DNA from: Planctomycetota bacterium
GTDB taxonomy: Bacteria; Planctomycetota; B15-G4; JADJEK01
Length of the DNA stretch: 64,000 bases
Assembly (NCBI GenBank): GCA_044225365.1
Contig: JBGAIQ010000017.1
Coordinates: 32,001-96,000 of the forward strand
Direction of reading: 5' to 3'
The translations under genes were made by a program, and so were the position numbers. This document shows, one piece after another, positions 8,372 to 18,359 of this stretch. The notes under the pieces were generated by a model. That model had not been told where the DNA came from, ran no database searches, and worked only from the letters and a program-made list of their open reading frames with translations. Position 1 is the stretch's first letter. Each line of letters begins with the position of its first letter.

Positions 8372-11300
8372 GTGGAGCGGATCCTCATCCAAGGCGATTT
8401 CCAGCCGACGCTCGAAGCGGCGTTGATCGAGCGCGTGCGTCTCGCGCGAGGCTCCGATCCCCTCGCGCCGATTCGAATCGTCGTTCCGTCGAACCTCCTG
8501 CGTGTTCATCTGCGGCGGCTGCTTGGCGGCGCGTTTCCGCACTTGAACGTTCGAGTCGAGACTCTCACGAGTCTCGCGTCCGACCTGTCGTTCGCCGGTC
8601 GCGCGGAGCGCGGCTGCGTTCCGCTACCGCCTCTCGCCGCCCAGTTGCTGGCCGAGAGCGTCGTGCGAGCTGCTGCGAAGGACTCCACCTTTGCGCCGCT
8701 GCGCACGATGCCCGGTTTCGCAACGCGCCTGCTCGCCACGATCCGCGATCTGCGCGACGCGGGGATCGCGCCGTCGTCGCTCGTCGCGGCGATCGACTCT
8801 CCCAAAGTTCGCGATTTCGCGGCGTTGTACTCGGAATTCGAACGGCGGCGCAGCGCGGCGAATTTCTGCGACGACGCGGAGATGTTCACCCTCGCGATCG
8901 AGGAGATTCGAAACGACTCGCGACAGCGCGAGGGCGCCGCACTCTTCGTCTACGGCTTCTACGACTTCGTCGTCGTCCAACGCCGCCTCGTCGAAGCGCT
9001 CCTCGAAGGGAGCGGCGGCGTCGTCCTCACACCGATCTCGGATTCGAGGAATGACCGTTTCGAGTACGGGAGACCCTTCCTCGAGCGATTCGCGCAGTTG
9101 GGCTTCGAGAACGAGTCGCCTCCCGGCGAGACGGCGAGTCTCACGCGAAGGCGCGTTCGAATCCTCGCGCCGCGATTCTCCGGCTCAGAGCCGCGAGAGG
9201 TGATGCGTGAAGTGCTCGCGCTGGTCGACGAAAAGCTCGCACCGCACGAGATCGGCATCCTCTTTCGGCAGCGCGCGGGAACGGAAGGGATCGCGGCCGA
9301 AGCACGACGTCTCGAGCGCACTTGCCCCGGATCGACGCTCGCGTTCTTCCAGCAGGGCGGCAGTCGCATCGCGCTCCGCGCCGACGCTCGAGCTCTTCTG
9401 CTGTTCGTCGATGTCCTCGTGTCGCGAATCGCGCGCAGAGAGACGATGGCGTATCTCGATGCGGTCGACGATTCGTCGCGCGCCAGCGCCTACGCGCGCC
9501 TGGCTCGCAAGGCGAACATTCGCGGCGGCATGGACGTGGAGGAATGGCGCATCGCGTTGTCGCATTTCGAAGCGCGTGCACGGCGGAACGATCTCGATCG
9601 TGAATTCGACGTGGACGAGGACGATGGCGACGTCCGGCGCGCCGTCGTCGAGCGCGAAGCGCGCGATGCGACGAAGCTGCGGGTGATCATCGACGACCTG
9701 GCGAAGGATGCCGACCGTCTGCACGCGGCGAAGGACTTCGCGGCCGCCACGGCTGTCGTGCGCGATGCGTTCCGCGCCAGGATGGCGGGCGCGGGATCCC
9801 ATCGCAAGGAGAGCCGCGAGTCGCTCGGCGCGCTCGACGCGATCTTCTCGCAACTCGCCGTTCTCGACCTTCCCGGTGTCGCGTACGAGCTCGAGACGTT
9901 TCAACGACTCATGGCGAGCGCGGTCGAGGCCGCGACCGAGCGATGCGGCGCGTTCGAGAACGGACTGTTCGTCGGCGGCCTGCTCGGTTCGCGTGGCTTG
10001 CCGTTTCGCGCCGTGATCCTGCCGTCGCTCGAAGAAGGCGTGTTTCCGCGACGGGCCGCCCCCGATCCGATCCTCTCGGATTCCGAGCGTCGCGCGATCG
10101 CACGGAGTGCGGCGCTGCCCGATGTCCGCCTCCCGCTCGCCGAGACGGCGGCGTCCGAGGAGAAGCTCCTGTTCCACCTGGCGTGCGCCGCGAGCCAGGA
10201 GTGCCTCGTCCTTTCGTGTGCGCGGTTCGAGGACGCGAGCGACAAGCCGGTCGTGCCTTCCTCCGCGTGGCGCGGAGCCCTCGAGGAGATCCATGGCGGT
10301 CCCCTGCCCGAGGGTCCGCCGTGGCAGGTGCCCGATCTCGCTCCGCTCTTCCGAATCGGGTCCGCCCTGAGCGAGACGGGAGCGGCAGCGTCGAGCCTTC
10401 CGATCGATCTCGAGGAATGGGACCGAGTCACCGTTGCCCGCGCCGCGCGGACGAACGATGCGGAGCGCGCGCGCTTCATCGCCGAGGTGTCGCCCACGCT
10501 CGTCGATGCTCTAAGGGGCGAGACGGCTCGCAACGGCAAGACGTTCGGGGCGAACGACGGAATGCTGACGACGAAGCGCGCAAGGGAGCGAGCGTCCCTC
10601 GTGCTCGAATCCGCTGTGGCTCCGACCACGCTCGAGAACTACGCGAAGTGTCCGTTCACCGTCTTCGCTCGCCACGTCGTAGCGGTCGATCCTTCGGATC
10701 CGCGCGCTCGGGAGGAGATGGATTTCCGCCAGCGGGGGCGCGTGATCCACAAGGCCGCGCAGCTCTTCTTCACCGCGTTGCGCGATCGCAAGGAGCCGTG
10801 GCCACTCGCGAGATCTCGTCGCATGGAATTGCGTCGCGAACTCCTCGCCTTCCTGGATTCGGCCCTGAAGGACAGTCTCGCGGACTCTCCGGTCCCGGCG
10901 GTGATCGTCGAGGGCGAACGTCGTCGACTCGTCGACGACATGACGGCATTGCTCGACTACGAGATCGCCGCCGCGCGTCCCGCGAGGCCCGCCGCGTTCG
11001 AGGCCCGTTTCGGCGACGCGGGTCAACCCGAGTTCGTGCTCGACATCGAGGGTCGTCCGCTGCGCCTCCGCGGCTCGATCGATCGAATCGACTTCGACCC
11101 GAGTTCGGGGAAGGCGATCGTCGTGGACTACAAGACGGCGAAGAAGGCGCTCCGTGACGTCAGCTCGATCGATGGCGGTCGGAGAATGCAGCTCCCGATC
11201 TACGCGCTCGCCGTCATGGCGATGAAACCGAATCTCTTCGTCGAACGCGCGGAGTACTTCTTCTGCACGGAGGAAGCCGGAGGTCGTCGCGCCGCGATCG

Positions 11301-11605
11301 ATGCGCAAGGCTACACCGGAGCGGCTCGCGAGAAGCTCGACGCGACGCTCGCGGAATTGGCGCGGGGAATGCGCGACGGCGCTTTCTTCGCCGACCCTTC
11401 CGACGGGAACAACTGCAACCAATGCGACTACGACCTCGCGTGCGGGTTGTCCCCGATCCTCGAGGCGCGTTACGCGAAGAAGCAGGACGATGCGAGTGTC
11501 GCGGCTCTCCAGCGCCTCCGTCAGGATCGGCCGAAGACTGCCAAGAAGGGCAAGGGACGGGAGTCGAAGGACGAAACGGCAACGCCGACCGGAGGCGAGT
11601 CGTGA
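8372..11605 (+). CDS. addB: AddB-like inactive helicase/PD-(D/E)XK nuclease subunit with Fe-S cluster
   Basis: Degenerate N-terminal helicase fold (IVVPS, no Walker A) and EEKLLFHLA. Nuclease motifs RGSIDRID and VVDYKT. Four Cys in CPF and CNQCDYDLAC. Confidence 0.82.
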   Translation: MERILIQGDFQPTLEAALIERVRLARGSDPLAPIRIVVPSNLLRVHLRRLLGGAFPHLNVRVETLTSLASDLSFAGRAERGCVPLPPLAAQLLAESVVRAAAKDSTFAPLRTMPGFATRLLATIRDLRDAGIAPSSLVAAIDSPKVRDFAALYSEFERRRSAANFCDDAEMFTLAIEEIRNDSRQREGAALFVYGFYDFVVVQRRLVEALLEGSGGVVLTPISDSRNDRFEYGRPFLERFAQLGFENESPPGETASLTRRRVRILAPRFSGSEPREVMREVLALVDEKLAPHEIGILFRQRAGTEGIAAEARRLERTCPGSTLAFFQQGGSRIALRADARALLLFVDVLVSRIARRETMAYLDAVDDSSRASAYARLARKANIRGGMDVEEWRIALSHFEARARRNDLDREFDVDEDDGDVRRAVVEREARDATKLRVIIDDLAKDADRLHAAKDFAAATAVVRDAFRARMAGAGSHRKESRESLGALDAIFSQLAVLDLPGVAYELETFQRLMASAVEAATERCGAFENGLFVGGLLGSRGLPFRAVILPSLEEGVFPRRAAPDPILSDSERRAIARSAALPDVRLPLAETAASEEKLLFHLACAASQECLVLSCARFEDASDKPVVPSSAWRGALEEIHGGPLPEGPPWQVPDLAPLFRIGSALSETGAAASSLPIDLEEWDRVTVARAARTNDAERARFIAEVSPTLVDALRGETARNGKTFGANDGMLTTKRARERASLVLESAVAPTTLENYAKCPFTVFARHVVAVDPSDPRAREEMDFRQRGRVIHKAAQLFFTALRDRKEPWPLARSRRMELRRELLAFLDSALKDSLADSPVPAVIVEGERRRLVDDMTALLDYEIAAARPARPAAFEARFGDAGQPEFVLDIEGRPLRLRGSIDRIDFDPSSGKAIVVDYKTAKKALRDVSSIDGGRRMQLPIYALAVMAMKPNLFVERAEYFFCTEEAGGRRAAIDAQGYTGAAREKLDATLAELARGMRDGAFFADPSDGNNCNQCDYDLACGLSPILEARYAKKQDDASVAALQRLRQDRPKTAKKGKGRESKDETATPTGGES

Positions 11606-14600
11606 GCGTGGAGAAGCAACCGCTTCCGGACGCCGCAGTCCGCGCCGAGCTCGTGGAGCGACTCGACACGTCGTTCGCGGTCGAGGCCGGCGCGGGAACG
11701 GGCAAGACGACGTTGATCGTGCGGAGGATCGTTGCGCACGTCCTGCGGGGCGATCCCATCGATTCGATCGTCGCCATCACCTTCACGAAGAAGGCCGCCG
11801 CCGAACTGCGCGTTCGAGTGCGCAATGCGCTCGAGGAGATCGTCGCGGCGAACGAAGCGGTCGTGAAGGCGGCTGCTGCGGCTGCGCTGCGTCGGATCGA
11901 CTCGGCGCCGATCCAGACCTTTCACTCGTTCTGCGACTCGCTCTTGCGCGAACATCCCGTCGAGGCCGCGATCGATCCGCTCGCGAAGACGCTCGAGGAG
12001 GCGAAGAACGGTCCTCTCTTCGTCGAAGTGTTCGAAGACGCGATCGCCGCGTCGGAGAACGACGACGACCTCTCCGAGCTCTTCGCCGCGGGCATTCAGC
12101 GCGCGGATCTCGAGCGATTCGCTCACGCGCTGATCCGCGTCCGTGACCTCGAGATCGCGGAGCCGGAAGCGCCCGAATTGCCCTCGCTCCAGCGGTTCAT
12201 CGAAGCCGCACTCTCCAAAGCGGAGGCCGCCGCCTCGATCGCAAGGGTGAGCTGCAAGGATCCGATGGACAAGCTCGCGGAGGCCATCTCCGAGAGGGTC
12301 GACTTCTTCGAGTCCTTGCGCCAACTCGAGCCGAGCGCACAAGAGCGCGCTCTCTTCCGCGGCTGCGGAAGAGTACGGCGGACAAATCTCGGTACCGCGA
12401 AGAACTGGCGGAAGGAAGAGAAGGACGAAGCGCACGAGCGGATTCTCGCGATCGACGACGAACTCACGGTCTTGCAGATTGCGATCCGCAGGCGAAGGGC
12501 GCGCAGTGCGTTCCGTTTCGCGCGTCTCGCCGCGGAGATCTACGAGAAGAAGAAGACGCGCGACGGAGTTCTCGACTTCGAGGACCAGTTGCTCCGTGCT
12601 CGGAATCTCGTGCGCGATCACGTCGACGTGCGCTCGCGGATCGCCGCGCGCTACACGACGCTCATCGTCGACGAGTTCCAAGACACCGACCCCTTGCAGG
12701 CGGAGATCGCGTTCTTCCTGGCGGAGGATCCGGGCTCGAAGACCCGCGCGAAGCGCTGGGACGAGGTGAGGGTCGGAGCCGGTCGCCTCGTCGTCGTCGG
12801 AGATCCGAAGCAGTCGATCTACCGATTCCGTCGCGCCGACATCGAGATCTACGAGTTCGCGAAGCAACGAATCGTCGAGTCGGGAGGGGAGTTTCGCAAG
12901 ATCCAGGTGAACTTCCGATCGGAGGCCTCGATCCTCGCGTTCGTGAATGCGAGGTTCTCCGCGTTGATCGCGCCGCACTCAACCATCCCGCGGATCCAAC
13001 CCGAGTACGTCCCGCTCCTCGCTTCGCCGGAGAACGCCGCACGCGAAGAAGAGCACGGCGGCAGGCGCCGCGTCGTCGTTCTCGCCGACGAGGGCGAACT
13101 CGCGGCGGAGGGCGTCGGCGACATGCGCGAGCACGAGTTCAGCGCCATCGCGGCCTATCTCGGGTCGCTCCTGCGCGGTCCCAAGCCGTTCATGGTGCGA
13201 GACGCCAAGACGAAGCAAGATCGCGCGGCGAGACTCTCCGACGTCGCGATCCTGTTCCGCTCGTCGACGGACATCGAACTCCTCGAGGACGCGCTCAAGA
13301 ACGAATCGCTGCCGTATCGGTTGTACGGCGGCAAGCGCTTCTATCGCCGAGTCGAGGTGCGGACGGCGATCGCATTCTTCCGCGCGCTCGACGACGCCAC
13401 GGACGAAGTGGCTCTGCTCGCGACACTGCGCGGCGTGCTGTTCGCCATCCCGGACGACGAACTCGCGACCTTCGTCGCGACGGGGGGCTCGTTCGAGAAT
13501 CCCTTCACGACGGGGACGCCGTCGCCGCGGCTGCGCGCCGCGCTCGAGATCCTCGGAGCGCTGCGGAAGCGACGGCATGCGGGTTCGCTGCCGAGTTTCG
13601 TCGAGGAGGCGCTCGCCAGGACGAGGGCCTACGAGATCTTCCTTCTGTTCCGCGAGGGAACGCAACGCGCGGCGAATCTCGACAAGATCGTCGCGGTCGC
13701 GCGCGCGTTCGAGGGCGGCTCGGGGACCACCTTCCGGCAATTCGTCGCGGAGATCGACCGCATGGCGGCCTCCGCCGAGCGCGAACCCGAAGCCGAGTAT
13801 CAGGACGAGTCGGACGACACGATCGCGTTGCTCACGATGCACTCGTCCAAGGGTCTCGAATGGCCGATCGTGGTCCTCGCGAACCTCGCCGGCCAGCCGC
13901 CGACACGACCCGTTCCCATCGTCACTCGCGGCGCCGAGAATCGACTCGAGTTCGTGAAGGGGAGTGCCGGAGAGCGGGTGCTCGAAACGGCTCGCTACGA
14001 AGAAGCCGAGCTCGGAGAGATCGCTCGCGAGGAGTGCGAGCGACGGCGTCTCCTCTACGTCGCCACCACGCGCGCTCGGGACCTGCTCGTGCTTCCCCGT
14101 TATCTCCTCGGCAAGAAGACCAAGGAGAAGGAAGCGGACGTATCGGGCAAGGGCGACGGCAATGACGACGAGCGTTCCCACGGAACGAACAAGCGCGCGC
14201 CGCTCATCGCCGATCTGCTTCCGGATCCGCTCTACGCGAAGGACGGCGAGGGCGCGCCCTACGGCATTCGGATCGACGCGGGCGCACTGCCGCGAAGCGA
14301 GCCCAGCGAGAGTCCGTTCCGGTTGTCGCTCGATCTCGATGGGGCGCCGCCCGAGGCGGCGATGCGGGCGCTCGCCGATCGCGATTCGTTCGCTTCACAC
14401 GTGCGGGAGCGACTCGCCGCGACGCGAGTCGGAAGGCCGGTACGATCGGCCACGACGGAGAAGGCCGCGCGTGCTCGCGAGGAGGAGGGCGACGAGGGGG
14501 ACGGGGTTTCGGCTTCGAACCGCGGCGTTCACGTGCCCGGCGAACTGCGCGGCGCCGAATTCGGATCGTTCGTCCATCGCGTCTTCGAGCGACTCGATCT

Positions 14601-15024
14601 CCTCCGCGAGGGCGATCGCGCCCTCCCCTCGAAGGCGGCGCTGAGCGCGCTCGCCCTCGAGAGCGGGGTTGCTGTCACCGCCGTGCCGGAAGCCGAGCGC
14701 ATCGCGCGCGCGTTCCTCGCGTCGCCGCTCGCCGCGGAGCTGCGGCTCGCGAAACGGTTGCATCGCGAGGTGCCGTTCGCGTTCTCGAGCGGCGGCATTC
14801 TCTACGAAGGCGCGATCGATCTGCTCGTCGAGTTTGGCGACGGCCGTACGTGGATCGTCGACTGGAAGACCGATGACGTGACCGGCGCGGCGCTCGATGT
14901 CCGGCTCCAGGATTACGAACCGCAGGGCGAGCTCTATCGACGAGCGGTCGAAACCGTGTCGGGTCGGCCCGTGGAGCGCGTATGCTTCCACTTCCTTCGG
15001 AGCGGCACGAGCCGCGATCTGTGA
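11602..15024 (+). CDS. addA: AddA-like UvrD-family helicase with C-terminal nuclease
   Basis: GTGA overlap with addB. Walker A AGAGTGKTT, AITFTKKAA, DEFQDT, VGDPKQSIYRFRRAD, LTMHSSKGLEW and LLYVATTRARD. Nuclease GAIDLL...IVDWKT. Confidence 0.88.
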   Translation: MSVEKQPLPDAAVRAELVERLDTSFAVEAGAGTGKTTLIVRRIVAHVLRGDPIDSIVAITFTKKAAAELRVRVRNALEEIVAANEAVVKAAAAAALRRIDSAPIQTFHSFCDSLLREHPVEAAIDPLAKTLEEAKNGPLFVEVFEDAIAASENDDDLSELFAAGIQRADLERFAHALIRVRDLEIAEPEAPELPSLQRFIEAALSKAEAAASIARVSCKDPMDKLAEAISERVDFFESLRQLEPSAQERALFRGCGRVRRTNLGTAKNWRKEEKDEAHERILAIDDELTVLQIAIRRRRARSAFRFARLAAEIYEKKKTRDGVLDFEDQLLRARNLVRDHVDVRSRIAARYTTLIVDEFQDTDPLQAEIAFFLAEDPGSKTRAKRWDEVRVGAGRLVVVGDPKQSIYRFRRADIEIYEFAKQRIVESGGEFRKIQVNFRSEASILAFVNARFSALIAPHSTIPRIQPEYVPLLASPENAAREEEHGGRRRVVVLADEGELAAEGVGDMREHEFSAIAAYLGSLLRGPKPFMVRDAKTKQDRAARLSDVAILFRSSTDIELLEDALKNESLPYRLYGGKRFYRRVEVRTAIAFFRALDDATDEVALLATLRGVLFAIPDDELATFVATGGSFENPFTTGTPSPRLRAALEILGALRKRRHAGSLPSFVEEALARTRAYEIFLLFREGTQRAANLDKIVAVARAFEGGSGTTFRQFVAEIDRMAASAEREPEAEYQDESDDTIALLTMHSSKGLEWPIVVLANLAGQPPTRPVPIVTRGAENRLEFVKGSAGERVLETARYEEAELGEIAREECERRRLLYVATTRARDLLVLPRYLLGKKTKEKEADVSGKGDGNDDERSHGTNKRAPLIADLLPDPLYAKDGEGAPYGIRIDAGALPRSEPSESPFRLSLDLDGAPPEAAMRALADRDSFASHVRERLAATRVGRPVRSATTEKAARAREEEGDEGDGVSASNRGVHVPGELRGAEFGSFVHRVFERLDLLREGDRALPSKAALSALALESGVAVTAVPEAERIARAFLASPLAAELRLAKRLHREVPFAFSSGGILYEGAIDLLVEFGDGRTWIVDWKTDDVTGAALDVRLQDYEPQGELYRRAVETVSGRPVERVCFHFLRSGTSRDL

Positions 15025-15032
15025 GCTCGACC

Positions 15033-16241
15033 ATGGCGGTACGTTCGACGGTGCGGCCTCGCCGCGATCTCCTCGGTTGCATTCTCCTTGCGACGATCGT
15101 CGCCTGCGGCACTCCCATCGATCCGCCGGTGCGAGATCGCGAGCGCTACGCGGAGATGCCGGACTTGCCGGCGCCCGGTTTCTGGCCGAATGCGGGAGAT
15201 TCCGCGACGGTCGATCGATTCGTCCAGCGGATCCGAACGACGCGCGAACCGTTCGCTCTCGGCGACATGCGATTCAAGGCAGTGGGGGCGGAGAAAGCGG
15301 GAGTCGGCGCGGTGATCGCGATTCGGCCCGTCGCGAAGGACGGCTCCCTCCTGGAGCCGAAGGAACCGCCGAAGGTCCGCTATGCCTCCGCTCCGACGAT
15401 CGCTGCGAACGCGATGGACAAGGACTGGCTCGCCGCGACGTTCGGAGGCAGCCGCGAGGTGGCGTGGACGGAACCGAACAAGCCCCTCGTCGGCGTCGTG
15501 ATCGCTCTTCACGGTGGGGATTCCGCAAGCGCCGATTGCTCGCAGGCCTTGATCGACGCGATGATGGACCGCGGCTTCGCCGTGTTGTCGACCACCGTCC
15601 CAACGATCCCGGATCACATCGAATTCGCCGCAACGACGATGGACGAAGTGACGAAGGGCGCCGAGCAGCTCGCGCGGGTCGTCACGCTCGCGATCGCGGA
15701 CCAGGTCTACGCCGTCGAAGGCATGCTCGAGTACCACTCGCGTCAGCATCCGGAATTGAAGGACGGATCGCTCGTTCTCATCGGAGTGACGGAGGGCGTC
15801 GCCATCGTGCCCGCACTCGCGCTGCGCCTGCATGGGCACGTGCGAGGGGCGCTGCTCGTCGGAGGCGGTGCGGACCTGTTCGCGCACGACCAGGATCGCG
15901 CCGAGGGCGGCGGAAACGTGAAAGTCTCGCTCGAGGGAGAGGCGAGCGCGAAGGACGGCATGCGATGGATGCATGACATCTACGCTCGGGACTCACGCCT
16001 CGATCCGTTTGCGATGGCGGTCTGGTTGCGAGCCACCCGTACGGCGATGGTCGACTTCGAGGGCAGCTCGACGGGCGACGTGCTGTTCCGCCGGCTCGAT
16101 CATCCCCTCCGTACGTTCCTCGGTGACGATCGCGGGGAACTGCTCTCGAAGGTGCGGAAGAACGCGCTCTCGGTGCTCGCGTTCTTGTGGGACGACGCTG
16201 CGTACTACACCCCGATGGCGAAGAAACCGACCGAGGACTGA
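15033..16241 (+). CDS. Hypothetical lipoprotein with degenerate alpha/beta-hydrolase-like C-terminal domain
   Basis: Lipobox IVAC, VVIALHGG, and elbow-like LIGVTEG. Starts 8 nt after addA. Confidence 0.6.
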   Translation: MAVRSTVRPRRDLLGCILLATIVACGTPIDPPVRDRERYAEMPDLPAPGFWPNAGDSATVDRFVQRIRTTREPFALGDMRFKAVGAEKAGVGAVIAIRPVAKDGSLLEPKEPPKVRYASAPTIAANAMDKDWLAATFGGSREVAWTEPNKPLVGVVIALHGGDSASADCSQALIDAMMDRGFAVLSTTVPTIPDHIEFAATTMDEVTKGAEQLARVVTLAIADQVYAVEGMLEYHSRQHPELKDGSLVLIGVTEGVAIVPALALRLHGHVRGALLVGGGADLFAHDQDRAEGGGNVKVSLEGEASAKDGMRWMHDIYARDSRLDPFAMAVWLRATRTAMVDFEGSSTGDVLFRRLDHPLRTFLGDDRGELLSKVRKNALSVLAFLWDDAAYYTPMAKKPTED

Positions 16242-16409
16242 GTCCGCGAGATCCCGCACGACGCGGCGCGCAGTGATTCGGCGTTCGGGTCAAAAGAGCG
16301 TTTCAGGATTGGGTAGCGGGGCTGCTATGCTCCGGACTACGTGGGTCGCGACGATTCATCGACGCGACCTCCTTGAAGTATCTTCGGCGGCTTCGATCGT
16401 CTGGATCGT

Positions 16410-18344
16410 ATGGGCGAGCAGAACCTCAACAAGAACTCCGACGATCGCGAACTCCGCGAATTCATGCGGGCGATCCTCGACGACGTCCGCGCCCTCGAAC
16501 GCATGATCGAGGCGGGGATGATCGAGAAGGGCGTGCGTCGCATCGGCGCCGAGCAGGAGATCTTCCTGGTCGACCGGGCGTACCGTCCGGCGAACCTCGC
16601 GATGGAGATGCTGCAGAAGCTGAACCATCCCCAGTTCGTGACGGAGCTCGCGCAGTTCAACCTCGAGTGCAATCTCTCGCCGCAGATGCTCGCCGGTCGA
16701 GGGCTCTTCGAGCTCGAGAAGGAGATGAACGAACTCCTCGAGAAGGCGCGCCTCGCAGCGCGTGAACTCGGGGCCTTCACGGTGATCACCGGCATCCTCC
16801 CGACGGTACAGCAGACCGATCTCGGCATGGACGCGATGACGCCGAAGATCCGCTATCGCCAGCTCAACGATGCAATGCGGGCGATGCGTGGCGGCAAGTT
16901 CCGCGCCGTCATCAAGGGACTCGACGAGCTCAACGTCACGCACGACAACGTGCTGTTCGAGGCCTGCAATACGAGTTTCCAGGTGCACTTCCAGTGCGCC
17001 GCGGACGAGTTCGCGCGCTTCTACAACCTCGCGCAGACGATCACGGGGCCGATCATCGCCTCGGCGGGCAACTCGCCGATCGTGCTCGGCCATCGATTGT
17101 GGCACGAGACGCGGATCGCGCTGTTCCAGCAATCGGTCGACGAGCGTTCCGACGCGATGCAGCATCGCGGCCGGCGCCCGCGCGTCAGCTTCGGCGACGC
17201 CTGGGTGAAGGATTCGGTCCTCGAGATCTTCCGTGAAGACATCGCGCGCTTCCGCCTCGTGCTCACCACCGAACTCGGCGAACCCTCGACGCAGATCCTC
17301 GATCGCGGAGGCATTCCGGAGCTGACCGCGCTGCGCCTGCACAACGGAACGGTGTACCGCTGGAATCGGCCGTGCTACGGCGTCCGCGACGGCAAGGCGC
17401 ATCTGCGTATCGAAGCGCGCGCGCTGCCCGCCGGGCCGACCGTGCTCGACGAGATGAGCAACGGCGCGTTCTTCTTCGGGCTCATGTCGGCGATCGCCGA
17501 GGAGCACAAGGACATCACGAAGGTGATGAAGTTCGAGGACGCGCAGAACAACTTCTTCCTGTCTGCGCGACACGGTCTCGATGCCCGCCTCAACTGGTTC
17601 GGCAGTCGGCCGGTGATCGCCCGCGACCTCATCCTCAACGAACTCCTGCCGCTCGCCCGCTCCGGGCTCGAACTGCAGAAGGTCCACGGTCCCGACATCG
17701 ATCGCTATCTCGGCACGATCGAGCAGCGCATCCGCCGCAATCGAACGGGCGCGCAGTGGATGCTCGATTCGTACGCCTCCATGGATCAGGTTCACGCCGG
17801 CTCGCGCGACGAGCGTTGCCGCTCGCTCGTCCAGTCGATCATCGAGCAGCAGGGCAGCGGCAAGCCCGTCCACGAGTGGGAGCTCGCGAAGATCAGCGGC
17901 GCGGACTGGCGCGGAAGCTACCGCACCGTCGAACAGGTGATGACGCGCGATCTCTTCACGGTGCATCCCGAAGACGTCGTCGACCTCGTCGCGAGCCTCA
18001 TGGACTGGAAGCACGTCCGTCACGTCCCGGTCGAGGACAACGAAGGTCGCCTTATCGGACTCGTCTCGCACCGCACGGTGCTGCGCCTCGTCGCGAACGG
18101 ACTCCTGACGCCGGACGCGAAGGCCGAGCCCGTCGCAGTCCGTGAGATCATGAAGCCGTCGCCGATCTCGATCCGCCCCGACACGCCGGTGCTCGATGCG
18201 ATCGCCGAGATGCGCCGTCATCGAGTGAGCTGTCTGCCCGTCACCAACGAAGACGGCAAGCTCGTCGGCATCGTGACCGAGCGCGATTTCCTCGACGTCG
18301 CCGCGCGGCTGTTCGAACAGCAATTGCGCGAAGGAAGCCTCTGA
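16410..18344 (+). CDS. Glutamate-cysteine ligase (GCS2)-like carboxylate-amine ligase fused to a C-terminal CBS pair
   Basis: IGAEQEIFLVD, TELAQFNLE, NTSFQVH, YRWNRPCY and HLRIEAR. Two CBS repeats (VRHVPV..EGRLIGLVS; VSCLPV..DGKLVGIVTERD). Confidence 0.85.
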   Translation: MGEQNLNKNSDDRELREFMRAILDDVRALERMIEAGMIEKGVRRIGAEQEIFLVDRAYRPANLAMEMLQKLNHPQFVTELAQFNLECNLSPQMLAGRGLFELEKEMNELLEKARLAARELGAFTVITGILPTVQQTDLGMDAMTPKIRYRQLNDAMRAMRGGKFRAVIKGLDELNVTHDNVLFEACNTSFQVHFQCAADEFARFYNLAQTITGPIIASAGNSPIVLGHRLWHETRIALFQQSVDERSDAMQHRGRRPRVSFGDAWVKDSVLEIFREDIARFRLVLTTELGEPSTQILDRGGIPELTALRLHNGTVYRWNRPCYGVRDGKAHLRIEARALPAGPTVLDEMSNGAFFFGLMSAIAEEHKDITKVMKFEDAQNNFFLSARHGLDARLNWFGSRPVIARDLILNELLPLARSGLELQKVHGPDIDRYLGTIEQRIRRNRTGAQWMLDSYASMDQVHAGSRDERCRSLVQSIIEQQGSGKPVHEWELAKISGADWRGSYRTVEQVMTRDLFTVHPEDVVDLVASLMDWKHVRHVPVEDNEGRLIGLVSHRTVLRLVANGLLTPDAKAEPVAVREIMKPSPISIRPDTPVLDAIAEMRRHRVSCLPVTNEDGKLVGIVTERDFLDVAARLFEQQLREGSL

Positions 18345-18359
18345 TCGAGTCGCGACTCG

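Noticed and set aside
8372-11605. Cas4 (four-Cys PD-(D/E)XK nuclease)
   Set aside because: It is the C-terminal domain of a 1077-aa AddB-like subunit coupled to AddA.
6887-15024. WYL plus helicase/nuclease as an anti-phage defence island
   Set aside because: The WYL protein is YafY-type, not BrxR/CapW-like. The helicase-nuclease pair has AddAB architecture, and no defence or mobility genes are nearby.
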